Assembly: GCA_964498015.1 (NCBI GenBank)
Contig: CAZCFT010000001.1
Span: 490 to 64,489 of the forward strand
From: an uncultured Ignavibacteriaceae bacterium
Lineage (GTDB): Bacteria; Zixibacteria; MSB-5A5; GN15; PGXB01
Direction: 5' to 3'
DNA: 64,000 nt
In this document: piece after piece, positions 1 to 9,179 of the stretch
Layout: each line of letters begins with the position of its first letter
Position numbering within the stretch: position 1 is the stretch's first letter
Notes under the pieces: model-generated
What the model saw: only the letters and a program-made list of their open reading frames with translations
What the model was told of the DNA's origin: nothing
Databases searched by the model: none
Position numbers and translations under genes: made by a program

Positions 1-72
1 CATAATTATGTCCATAAACGCAAAACATCTCCATTTACCCGCCACCACCCTTGCAACTTCTTTTTCCCCTCG

Positions 73-124
73 CCCTCTGGGAGAGGGGTTCGGGGTGAGG
101 GAGAACTGGGGTCAGGGGTAAGGG
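73..124 (+). repeat. G-tract-rich intergenic element with a small CCCTCT-GGG-AGAGGG hairpin; seven G3-4 runs in about 50 nt
   Basis: Read directly: ccctctGGGagaGGGGttcGGGGtgaGGGagaactGGGGtcaGGGGtaaGGG. No ORF of 60 aa or more on either strand. Confidence 0.5.
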
Positions 125-532
125 AAAAACCCCCAAATTGGCTTTGAAATGGTTTCACAAAAATTCAACTCATATTCGCCGTAAGTCTATTGCCTCGTGA
201 TTATTATGAAAGAAAAACTGCCAAAAAATATGCTAAAACAAACCCGTCAAAAAACCCTTCTTTTCCCTGAGATATCCCTATATATCACACATACTTACAA
301 TGTCTATTGTACTACCCAAAAAAATCCAAAAAACAAACCCAATTCCACGCGCAATGGTGAACATGAATGAAATATTCTCCAATAACACCCGTCTCTTCAA
401 CAAGTCCCGACGGATGGGAGACCAAGTTTATGTTTTGACGATGATCGGCGAATTAGCATATTATACAGTATAAATAGATAATGTGTCTGTTCATATCGGG
501 CGGCCAAGCCGCCGGTATTATGGAGGAGATGT

Positions 533-1198
533 ATGAGATGTAACCGGATTGTCATGTTTATGATGGGGATGCTTTCATTATTTTCGCTTGCCGCTTATGG
601 CTGGCAAGTCAAAGGAAATCCTGTCGATGATTCCATCAAGCAAAAAGTGGAGGCTAACTATAATCCTGCGCGGGATTCTGTAGAGCAGAAAGGGGAGAGC
701 AAAATGCAGATAACCAGTACAGCATTCAAAGAAGGAGATACCATCCCGGTCAAATATACCTGCGACGGACCGGATCTGTCTCCGCCGCTGGCATTTTCCG
801 ATATTCCGACCGGCGCCAAATCGCTGGCCTTAATTTGCGATGACCCCGATGCGCCGATGGGGACATGGGTGCACTGGGCGCTTTATTCTATTCCTCCCAA
901 TCTTAAGGGATTGCCGGAGAACGTGCTGAAGGTTGTGACGCCAATTTTGAAAATTGACGGCAAGGAAATCGCCATGATGCAGGGGGCGAACAGCTCCAAG
1001 AAATATGGATATAACGGTCCCTGTCCGCCGAGCGGCGTGCATCGGTACTATTTTAAATTATATGCTCTGGATTTTGAATTGCGGTTTGATAGAGAGGAAG
1101 TTGCCAAGGGGGTTACCAAGGCAATACTGTTGGAAAAAATCAAGGGGCATGTTCTCAGTGAGGCGTCGCTGATGGGGAGGTATCAAAGGAAGGGTTGA
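533..1198 (+). CDS. PEBP / YbhB-YbcL family (Raf-kinase-inhibitor-like) protein, probably secreted
   Basis: 221-aa ORF with a hydrophobic N-terminus (IVMFMMGMLSLFSLAAYG). PEBP motifs CDDPDAP..GTWVHW and GYNGPCPPSGVHRYYFKLYALD. GGAGG lies 6 nt upstream of the ATG. Confidence 0.85.
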   Translation: MRCNRIVMFMMGMLSLFSLAAYGWQVKGNPVDDSIKQKVEANYNPARDSVEQKGESKMQITSTAFKEGDTIPVKYTCDGPDLSPPLAFSDIPTGAKSLALICDDPDAPMGTWVHWALYSIPPNLKGLPENVLKVVTPILKIDGKEIAMMQGANSSKKYGYNGPCPPSGVHRYYFKLYALDFELRFDREEVAKGVTKAILLEKIKGHVLSEASLMGRYQRKG

Positions 1199-1208
1199 AT
1201 GAATATAT

Positions 1209-1228
1209 GCCATGCGTTTGCGTATGGC
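1209..1228. terminator. Hairpin between convergent genes, possibly a bidirectional terminator
   Basis: GCCATGCG-TTTG-CGTATGGC, 8 bp including one G-U, in the 43-nt gap between the PEBP gene and the EIIA gene. No clear U-tract. Confidence 0.3.
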
Positions 1229-1241
1229 CAAATGAGCGCAA

Positions 1242-1742
1242 TCATTCCATTTTTTTGAAGGCTTGAATAACGTCGTAAGGTTTTTCTGCGGCCATTAATT
1301 CCTGGCGAAATTGTTCATATTGAAGAACTTCGGCCAGGGCTTTGAAAATTTTGAGATAGAAAGTGTCATCATAAGGGGGCGCGGCCATGACGAAAAAGAG
1401 GCGCACCGGCTCGTTGTCGGGAGAATCGAAATAATATCCTTCGTTTGATCGGCCAAATCCGATAAGAAATTCTTTGGCCTGCATGGTTCTGACATGCGGG
1501 ATGGCGATTCCATAGCCGATGGCGGTGGAGGCCTTTCTCTCGCGATTAATAAAATCGGTCAATAGCTTGCAACGATTTCCCGTGCGGTCGGAAAGCTCCA
1601 GAATGCTGACAAGGGAGTCAAGAATTCTTTCTTTATTCCTTTCTTGCCAGTGGGTAGAGTTGGAATCTTCGGGCTGAGGCTCTTGCTCGGCCTGCAAATC
1701 GAGAATAATCATCTCCTCATTTAGAAATCGCGAGATATTCAT
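1242..1742 (-). CDS. ptsN: PTS EIIA type-2 domain protein (nitrogen-regulatory EIIA-Ntr-like)
   Basis: 166-aa ORF with the EIIA-2 phosphorylation-site context TAIGYGIAIPHVRT. Size and stand-alone arrangement are typical of PtsN. Confidence 0.7.
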   Translation of the reverse strand: MNISRFLNEEMIILDLQAEQEPQPEDSNSTHWQERNKERILDSLVSILELSDRTGNRCKLLTDFINRERKASTAIGYGIAIPHVRTMQAKEFLIGFGRSNEGYYFDSPDNEPVRLFFVMAAPPYDDTFYLKIFKALAEVLQYEQFRQELMAAEKPYDVIQAFKKME

Positions 1743-1987
1743 ATCATATTCATTATCGACTACAAGCTATTAAACCTGAATGAATTATAGTTTTCGGCGC
1801 TGGATTGTCAAGCGATATTCAACTGTAGCAGACTATCAGCCGTGGCTACGGTACGTAAAAATGCCCCTATTGACATCAGATGTTGTTTTGATTACTTTTG
1901 CTTATAGTCGAGTGATCGATAATTGTGAAAATTACTCGTATTATGCCGAACTAAATGTATAAATGATATAAAGTTAATGGAGACGCT

Positions 1988-3808
1988 TTGCCCCATTTTG
2001 AAAAATTACAACGAACGCACAATTGCGGGGAATTAACCTCGGCAAATATTGGCCAAGCCGTCATATTGAATGGCTGGGTGCAATCGTACAGAGACCTGGG
2101 AGGCCTTCTATTTATTGACATTCGCGACCGATATGGGGTGACTCAAGTGGTTCTTAATCCGACGAATGTTGCCAAAGAGGTATTTGATGGGGCATCCAAA
2201 GCGAGAAATGAATATGTCGTCGCCGCGTGCGGCGTGGTACAGAAGCGTCCCGCGGGAACGGAGAATAAGAATCTCTCAACCGGCGAAATTGAAATAGCCA
2301 TAAATGATTTCCATATATTGGCGGAATCGAAAACTCCGCCATTTGAGATTGAAGATGAAATCAACGCCAACGAAGTTCTGAGACTTGAATATCGGTATCT
2401 CGATCTGCGGCGCAGACCGCTTCGGGATCGAATAATCTTCCGGCATCATGCATCGATGGCCATAAGAGAATATCTGAGCGCCAAGGGATTTCTTGAAATA
2501 GAGACGCCTTTATTGATGAGGTCAACTCCTGAAGGGGCCCGTGATTATATTGTCCCCAGTCGGGTTCAAAAGGGGAAGTTTTATGCCTTGCCGCAATCCC
2601 CTCAGCTACTCAAGCAGATTTTGATGATTTCCGGATTTGATAAATATTTTCAATTGGCACGGTGCCTTCGCGATGAGGATTTGCGCGCCGATCGTCAGCC
2701 GGAGCATACGCAGATTGATATTGAGATGTCATTTGTAACAAAAGCCGACGTCTTCGCGATGGTCGAGGGGATGATGGCTTATCTTTTCAAGAAGGTTCTT
2801 GATGCAGATATTTCCGCTCCATTCCCGCAATATGAATATGACGAAGTGATGAACCGGTGGGGAATAGATAAGCCTGATTTACGATTTGGGATGGAGTTAG
2901 TCAATATCTCCGGTCTGGTGAAAGGATGTGGATTTCAGGTTTTCTCGGGGACGGTGGATAACGGGGGATCGGTCGTTGCCATTTGCCTTAAGGGCGGGGG
3001 AGATTATTCGCGCAAGCAGGTTGATGATTTGACTCAATTTGCCAAAAATCTTGGAGCGGGAGGACTGGCGTACATTCTGAGACACAAGGACGGTGACAAG
3101 TCGCCGATATTGAAATTTATCGGCGAGGAGTTGAAAAGCGAAATCTGCGCCAAAGTCGGAGCCGAATCCGGAGACGCTGTTTTTATGATTTCCGGGCCGA
3201 AGTGGAAAGCAGAATCAATCATGGGGCAGATTCGCTTATCTTTGGGAAAAAGCCATGGCCTGATTGATAGAAAGAGCTGGAAGTTTCTCTGGGTGACCCG
3301 TTTTCCGCTTTTCGAATACAATGAAGAAGAAAAGAGATTAGATGCCATGCACAATATTGTATCAATCCCAGTAGAAGAGGACATCCATTATTTTGATGAG
3401 GCTGAAACGACCGATATCCCGATAAGCGACCACAGACATCCGTTGAGAAAAGTGCGGGCGGAACAATATGATTTAGTTCTGAATGGTACGGAACTCGCTT
3501 CGGGAAGTATCAGAATCAATCGCCGTGAGTTACAGCAAAAGGTTTTGAATATCCTTGGGATATCCAATGATCGCGCAGAGAGGATGTTTGGATTCCTTCT
3601 GCGGGCTTTGGAGTATGGGGCTCCTCCCCATGGAGGAATAGCGGCCGGATTGGATAGAATTGTCGCTCTTATGACGGGCGTGGACAGCATAAGAGAGGTC
3701 ATCGCATTTCCGAAGACGTCATCGGCGCAATCGTTAATGGACGGAGCGCCAGCCGAGGTGGAACCGAATCAGTTGAAGGAGCTTGGGTTAAGGCTTGGCG
3801 ACGATTAG
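1988..3808 (+). CDS. aspS: Aspartate--tRNA ligase (bacterial type)
   Basis: 606-aa ORF with a TTG start. N-terminal OB anticodon-binding domain, class II motifs (FYALPQSPQLLKQ; RDEDLRADRQPEHTQID; GGIAAGLDRIVALMTG), and a bacterial-length insertion domain. Confidence 0.95.
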   Translation: MPHFEKLQRTHNCGELTSANIGQAVILNGWVQSYRDLGGLLFIDIRDRYGVTQVVLNPTNVAKEVFDGASKARNEYVVAACGVVQKRPAGTENKNLSTGEIEIAINDFHILAESKTPPFEIEDEINANEVLRLEYRYLDLRRRPLRDRIIFRHHASMAIREYLSAKGFLEIETPLLMRSTPEGARDYIVPSRVQKGKFYALPQSPQLLKQILMISGFDKYFQLARCLRDEDLRADRQPEHTQIDIEMSFVTKADVFAMVEGMMAYLFKKVLDADISAPFPQYEYDEVMNRWGIDKPDLRFGMELVNISGLVKGCGFQVFSGTVDNGGSVVAICLKGGGDYSRKQVDDLTQFAKNLGAGGLAYILRHKDGDKSPILKFIGEELKSEICAKVGAESGDAVFMISGPKWKAESIMGQIRLSLGKSHGLIDRKSWKFLWVTRFPLFEYNEEEKRLDAMHNIVSIPVEEDIHYFDEAETTDIPISDHRHPLRKVRAEQYDLVLNGTELASGSIRINRRELQQKVLNILGISNDRAERMFGFLLRALEYGAPPHGGIAAGLDRIVALMTGVDSIREVIAFPKTSSAQSLMDGAPAEVEPNQLKELGLRLGDD

Positions 3809-3843
3809 GCAAAAGGCTTACAAGTCGTAAAGGCCGACTAAAT

Positions 3844-4833
3844 ATGAATTCCGGCGCTGAAGAAAGAGTTTCCAGATCAGTCTATCTTGAGGGGCTTGAT
3901 TCGCGTCTCCTCTTCGGGCAGAATGATATTTTCTTGAGGATAATAGAAAAAGCATTCACGGCATCAATCATAGCCCGCGGGGATAAAATCGCAATTGAAG
4001 GAAAACCTGACGAAGTCGGGAAAGTGGTTGACCTCTTCAGAGACTTGATTGCCAGACTCGGGCAGGGCGCATTTATAACGGAGCAGTACTTGAATTATGC
4101 CATGGAGATGGTAAAAGAAGGCGCCGGCGGACCGGCAGAACTTATCGCTGAGACCCAACTGGCCAATGCCACTCTGAAGCGGGTGGTAAAGCCAAAGACG
4201 GTGGGGCAGAAATTATATCTGGAAGCTATTGCCGAAAATGATATTGTTTTCTCCATTGGGCCGGCGGGCACGGGGAAAACGTATCTGGCGGTGGCAGTGG
4301 CGGTAGCCGCCTTGAAGAATCGAGAGGTCAATCGGATAGTACTGGCGCGGCCGGCGGTTGAGGCGGGGGAGTCGCTTGGATTTTTGCCGGGGGACATTCG
4401 GGCCAAAGTTGATCCTTATCTGAGGCCGGTGTATGATGCATTGCATGAAATGATGGCCGCGGAGAAAATAAAGAAGTTAGTTGAACTGGGAATAATCGAG
4501 ATTCTGCCGCTGGCATTTATGAGGGGACGGACGCTGAATAATACATTTGTCATTCTTGATGAAGCTCAGAATACGACGCCGGCACAGATGAAAATGTTTC
4601 TTACAAGGCTGGGAGAAGGGGCGCGGGCTATTATCACGGGAGATATCACACAGATTGACCTGAGCGACAAGAAAAGCTCGGGTCTTGTGGTCATTCAGAA
4701 AATATTGACCGGAATAGAAGGAATAAAATTTGTATATTTGACTGACAAGGACGTCGTTCGCCATCCTCTGGTGCAAAAAATCATTCGCGCCTACGAACGA
4801 TTTGAAAAGAGCCGGCGAAAGGAGCAGGGGTAG
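3844..4833 (+). CDS. phoH: PhoH-like ATPase (YbeZ family)
   Basis: Walker A GPAGTGKTYLAVAVA, Walker B FVILDEAQN, and the ITGDITQIDL motif. Lies upstream of pgpH-ybeY as in the conserved cluster. Confidence 0.9.
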   Translation: MNSGAEERVSRSVYLEGLDSRLLFGQNDIFLRIIEKAFTASIIARGDKIAIEGKPDEVGKVVDLFRDLIARLGQGAFITEQYLNYAMEMVKEGAGGPAELIAETQLANATLKRVVKPKTVGQKLYLEAIAENDIVFSIGPAGTGKTYLAVAVAVAALKNREVNRIVLARPAVEAGESLGFLPGDIRAKVDPYLRPVYDALHEMMAAEKIKKLVELGIIEILPLAFMRGRTLNNTFVILDEAQNTTPAQMKMFLTRLGEGARAIITGDITQIDLSDKKSSGLVVIQKILTGIEGIKFVYLTDKDVVRHPLVQKIIRAYERFEKSRRKEQG

Positions 4834-4845
4834 ACTTATCCCTCT

Positions 4846-7122
4846 ATGTATCGAGTTCTTTTAAGAATAAAAAGGCTAATCAAGAAATTTCTTAAGGTCA
4901 AGGCGGAGAGTCGGCAGAAGCAGGTCTCGAGACTGCGCAGTAAGATCAGCAAATTTGCCATGCTGATTCTTGCAACAGTTCTGATTTCGCTTTTGTATCC
5001 GGGGGAAAATTTATTATTCCCGCTTGATTTTCCGCGGAAGGGAGAAATAGTCTTTGAAGATATTGTCGCTCCTTTTCAGATAACAGTCGGCAAGACGCCG
5101 CAGGAAATTCAGGACGAAAAACGCACTGCCGCCGACGCCATACCCATAATTCTCATCTATAATACTGCAGTAGTCGATTCATTGCTTGCCAGATTCAGCC
5201 AATTCATTGCAAGCGCTGATTCATCGCTGAAACCGCACAAGATTCGCCAAAAAGGTTCCGCCAAACAGCCGGTCAATCCGGAATTTCTTTTTGATTCGTT
5301 GGGCACGGCCATAAATTCTTATTATCCCTTCGTTGAAGCAGGATCTATTGCCGGAATTCTGAAGGCGGGAAATCTCTCCAAAGTCCAGAGCATTATAAGA
5401 GATATTCTCGTAAATGAAATTTATTTCACCGGTGTTCTATCTGATCTGGGAACTCTTCCGGATCCCAAGATTCGCTCCATAATCATACGAATTGACAAAC
5501 GAGAAATATTTCTGGTGCGGGATAAATTGCTTGATCTGCCGCGGGCCTATGTCAATTACCTGACAGCCCTCAATAATCATTCTCTTATAGATTCATTTGA
5601 TGTTGACGCCTATTATGACCTGGGCCGCAATTTTATAGTTCCCAATTTAATTGTTGATACTATGGAGATTCAGGCTCGACGAATTGCGGCCATGAATGAA
5701 ATCTCCCCGGTGCGCGAAGTGGTCATGACCGGCGAGATTATCGCTCGCGCCGGCGGCCGGATAACTGAACGCCAAGAAAAAATCCTGGAAGCGATGTATC
5801 GGCAGACAGGGGCTTTGGCCAGGGGAGAAAATTGGTTTATGCCGTTCCTTCCGGCGCTGGCGCGGATGATTTTGGTGTTGGTGGCGCTGCTCATGCTCTA
5901 TCTGTATTTATACTATTTTCGTAATCAGATATATCTATCGAATCCTAAGATTCTGGCGTTGTTCTTGATTTATGGCCTCGAGCTGTTATTTATCTATATA
6001 ATTGGGATTAAGCTTGCCCTTTCCGTTTATCTTTATCCGTTGGCGATATTTTCAATACTGGTCACCATTCTCTTTGATTCAGAAGTCGGCATATTCAATA
6101 CTTTTATCTTGGCGCTGTTATTGGGAATATTGCATCGTTTCAATTTCACAATTGTACTGATGACAATAATAGTAGGAACTGTCGCCAGTTATTCAACTCA
6201 ACATGTGCGGCATCGCTCGGAGTTTTTCAGATCGATAATTTATCTGGCCATTTCTTATGTGGCGCTAATTTATCTCATAGAGTCATTCAAAGTCTCACTG
6301 CCGGTCGGGACGATTAATCTTATCGAGTTTGGAGTAGTTAATAGTATTATTTCGCCGCTATTGACGGTCGGCATTTTGCCTTTTTTTGAATCCCTTTTTG
6401 GGTTCACTACAGATTTGACGCTTCTGGAGTTGGCCGATCTCAATCGACCGCTTCTTAAAAGGTTATCCATGGAGGCCCCCGGAACTTATCACCATTCCAT
6501 AGTAGTTGGCAATCTGGCTGAGGCGGCGGCCAAGGCCATTGATGCGAACTCACTGTTGGCGCGAGTCGGGGCCTATTATCATGATATTGGCAAAATGGAG
6601 ATACCGGAGTATTTTGTCGAAAATCAGCTCGGCATCAAATCAAAGCACGATTATCTCACGCCAACTATGTCCGCCGTTATTTTAAGTTCGCATGTGAAAA
6701 AGGGACGAATTCTTGGCGAAGAAGCCGACCTTCCGGATGAAGTCCTGAATTTCATTGAAGAGCATCATGGCACCATGCCGATGACATATTTCTACAACAA
6801 GGCCAAGGAACAAGGGATAGAAAACCCGGCCATGGATGATTTTCGTTATCCCGGGCCGAGACCGCGCAGAAGAGAAACGGCAATTGTAATGCTGGCTGAC
6901 ACGGCAGAAGCGGCCAGCAGAACACTTTCGGAACCAAAACCGGCCAGAATCAGAAGTCTGGTGCAAAATATTATCAATGATAGATTCCAGTCCGGCGAAC
7001 TTGAAGACTGTCCGCTGACACTCAAGGACTTGGCTGAGATAAGGGAATCATTTGTGCAAATCCTAATTGGCGTTTTTCATCAAAGGATTGAATATCCCAA
7101 AAGAGAAGAGCCCGCGGCGTGA
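4846..7122 (+). CDS. pgpH: 7TM-receptor HD-domain phosphohydrolase (PgpH/YqfF family, cyclic-di-AMP phosphodiesterase-like)
   Basis: 758 aa: extracellular N-domain, about 7 TM helices, and a C-terminal HD domain (GTYHHS, YYHDIGK, EEHHG). Confidence 0.85.
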   Translation: MYRVLLRIKRLIKKFLKVKAESRQKQVSRLRSKISKFAMLILATVLISLLYPGENLLFPLDFPRKGEIVFEDIVAPFQITVGKTPQEIQDEKRTAADAIPIILIYNTAVVDSLLARFSQFIASADSSLKPHKIRQKGSAKQPVNPEFLFDSLGTAINSYYPFVEAGSIAGILKAGNLSKVQSIIRDILVNEIYFTGVLSDLGTLPDPKIRSIIIRIDKREIFLVRDKLLDLPRAYVNYLTALNNHSLIDSFDVDAYYDLGRNFIVPNLIVDTMEIQARRIAAMNEISPVREVVMTGEIIARAGGRITERQEKILEAMYRQTGALARGENWFMPFLPALARMILVLVALLMLYLYLYYFRNQIYLSNPKILALFLIYGLELLFIYIIGIKLALSVYLYPLAIFSILVTILFDSEVGIFNTFILALLLGILHRFNFTIVLMTIIVGTVASYSTQHVRHRSEFFRSIIYLAISYVALIYLIESFKVSLPVGTINLIEFGVVNSIISPLLTVGILPFFESLFGFTTDLTLLELADLNRPLLKRLSMEAPGTYHHSIVVGNLAEAAAKAIDANSLLARVGAYYHDIGKMEIPEYFVENQLGIKSKHDYLTPTMSAVILSSHVKKGRILGEEADLPDEVLNFIEEHHGTMPMTYFYNKAKEQGIENPAMDDFRYPGPRPRRRETAIVMLADTAEAASRTLSEPKPARIRSLVQNIINDRFQSGELEDCPLTLKDLAEIRESFVQILIGVFHQRIEYPKREEPAA

Positions 7123-7547
7123 AATTTACTCTGATAAAAGAGACAAAGATACCTGTCCCGCGTCGACGAATAATGAAATTATTTGATCTAATTGAGAAGG
7201 GTGAAAAACCGCCTGATTCGATCCTGAATATAGTCTTCATAGGCGACCGGAGGATGAAATCACTGAATCAGAAATATCGGGGTATTCCGAAAACGACTGA
7301 TGTTCTTTCATTCAATATCGATGATACGGCCGGCAAGGAGAGCATTTTCGGCGAAATATATATCTCTCTGGAAACCGCAATACGATATGCAAGAGCGGAT
7401 GAAATCGGCGCTGATGAAATGATTCTAAGACTCTGCTGTCATGGTTTTCTGCATCTTTTGGGGTATGATCATCAAAAGCCAAAGGGTAGAGAACGGATGG
7501 AAAGCAGGGAGGAATACTACCTAAGCAGGATAATCAGGCGATGGTAA
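7119..7547 (+). CDS. ybeY: rRNA maturation endoribonuclease YbeY
   Basis: Zinc motif HGFLHLLGYDH. The GTG start overlaps the pgpH stop (GTGA). Confidence 0.9.
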   Translation: MKFTLIKETKIPVPRRRIMKLFDLIEKGEKPPDSILNIVFIGDRRMKSLNQKYRGIPKTTDVLSFNIDDTAGKESIFGEIYISLETAIRYARADEIGADEMILRLCCHGFLHLLGYDHQKPKGRERMESREEYYLSRIIRRW

Positions 7548-8824
7548 TTCTATATTTTGCCGGTATCTTAATTATCGATTATCTGGGATATGTCCAGGCT
7601 CTGCATCATCTGGCGTCATATATGCTTCCAGAGGAACTGGCACAAATGACACGCAATTATTCGTCTCTCAGCCGAAGATATATCAAAGAGGCGGTCATCA
7701 ATCCCCGGATGTCAGTGCAAGCAGTCATTATCACCAAATCGTTCGCCCTGATTGCATCTTCATTTCTTGCAGTTCTAATTTCCCGAGAACTTGATATAAT
7801 ATATGGCCTAAATCAAATAATTGCGTTGGCCATTTGCCTTGTTGCGGTGTGGATATTCTATCTTCTCTTTATGGAATATCTACCGGGCAGACAGATTCTT
7901 ATGACAGTTGATAAAAGGCGCCTCAGATTTGTTCCATTTTTTGCCTTTCTATATATTTTCTTGATGCCGATTTTGCGGCTTTATAATCGGGCATTACACA
8001 AGATTCCAGCGAAGATATCCGATGAGGACAAAGAAGAAATAATTGAACGGGCTATCGAGTCATTGGCTGTGCAGGCAGGAGTCAACGAGCCCCTTGTGGA
8101 AGAAGATGAGAAAGAAATGATCGGCCAGATATTGCAGCTCGATGCGACTGAGGTGCGCGAAGTTATGATACCCCGTATAAATATTATAGGTTTAAGAAAA
8201 GACAGCAGTTTCCGTAATATCAGAAGATTGACCGAGGAATACGGATATTCGCGTTTTCCGATATACGGCGAAAACCTTGACAATATCGTCGGAGTATTGT
8301 ATGTAAAGGATCTGTTTACCAATATCCCGTTGCCCGTTGATGAATCTGCTTTTGATATTACAAAATATATGAAGCCGCCCTATTTCATTCCTGAAACAAA
8401 AAAAATCAGCGATTTGCTGTCTGAATTTAAAGCAAATCGAGTCCATATAGCCATTGTGATTGATGAATACGGCGGAACTTCAGGGCTGGTGACGATGGAA
8501 GATATACTCGAGGAAATAGTCGGGGATATCAAAGATGAACATGACTATGAAGAAGAAGAAATGGTGAAGATGTCGGACAATTCGATACTTGTTGACGCAG
8601 GAATATCGGTAGAGGAGTTGATAGAGGAATTGGGTCTCGACTATGAAACCAGTGAATTTGAAACGGTGGGCGGACTCGTCTATGATTTGGTCGGCTCAGT
8701 GCCGTTAACAGGAGCGAGGCTTCGATGGAAAGACATAATTCTTGAAGTCGATAAGGTCGATGGCCAGAGGATTATTGCCGTGAAAGCATGGGTGGAAAAA
8801 GGAAAATTATCAGAAGAGCAGTGA
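7541..8824 (+). CDS. Hemolysin/CorC-family membrane protein (DUF21 + CBS pair + CorC_HlyC domain)
   Basis: 427 aa: N-terminal TM region, tandem CBS region (VREVMIPR ... IAIVIDEYGGTSGLVTMEDILEEIVG), and a C-terminal transporter-associated domain. Confidence 0.85.
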   Translation: MVILYFAGILIIDYLGYVQALHHLASYMLPEELAQMTRNYSSLSRRYIKEAVINPRMSVQAVIITKSFALIASSFLAVLISRELDIIYGLNQIIALAICLVAVWIFYLLFMEYLPGRQILMTVDKRRLRFVPFFAFLYIFLMPILRLYNRALHKIPAKISDEDKEEIIERAIESLAVQAGVNEPLVEEDEKEMIGQILQLDATEVREVMIPRINIIGLRKDSSFRNIRRLTEEYGYSRFPIYGENLDNIVGVLYVKDLFTNIPLPVDESAFDITKYMKPPYFIPETKKISDLLSEFKANRVHIAIVIDEYGGTSGLVTMEDILEEIVGDIKDEHDYEEEEMVKMSDNSILVDAGISVEELIEELGLDYETSEFETVGGLVYDLVGSVPLTGARLRWKDIILEVDKVDGQRIIAVKAWVEKGKLSEEQ

Positions 8825-9179
8825 TGTCTCTTCAATTCGGAGCAATTACGGCAATTGACAAAAATTCCATTATTCCCATGATATAAGTCCTTTTGCATTG
8901 GGGGTATCAGAAAAGTAAATGTCCCAGCTCTTTATTTCTGTCGCGAAGCGCGATGCACCGCAATCTGTCATTCCCGTGCCGGCGCCTCTTAGCCGCTATT
9001 GTCCTGTAATGACTTGTCTGGGCTGTGGTCATCCAAAGAGAGTCTCTGAACAGGAGCAAATTGAGCATTTTTATATATGAAAGGGGGGTTGAGGACTTAT
9101 AATTTGCGGTCAGATTAGGACTTGCTATGCCGATAAAAAAGGATAAATTTGCGGATTAATTCAATACGGAGGACAAGCG

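Noticed and set aside
1780-1962. A 60-aa ORF in the divergent ptsN/aspS intergenic region.
   Set aside because: It is AT-rich, has no SD and no recognisable domain, and occupies what should be the promoter region for both flanking genes.
8919-9080. A 53-aa ORF with a CLGCGH motif in the glnA leader.
   Set aside because: It has no convincing SD. Its first half is translated from a degenerate copy of the dispersed GTCATTCCCG-type repeat, so it is most likely a repeat-generated pseudo-ORF.
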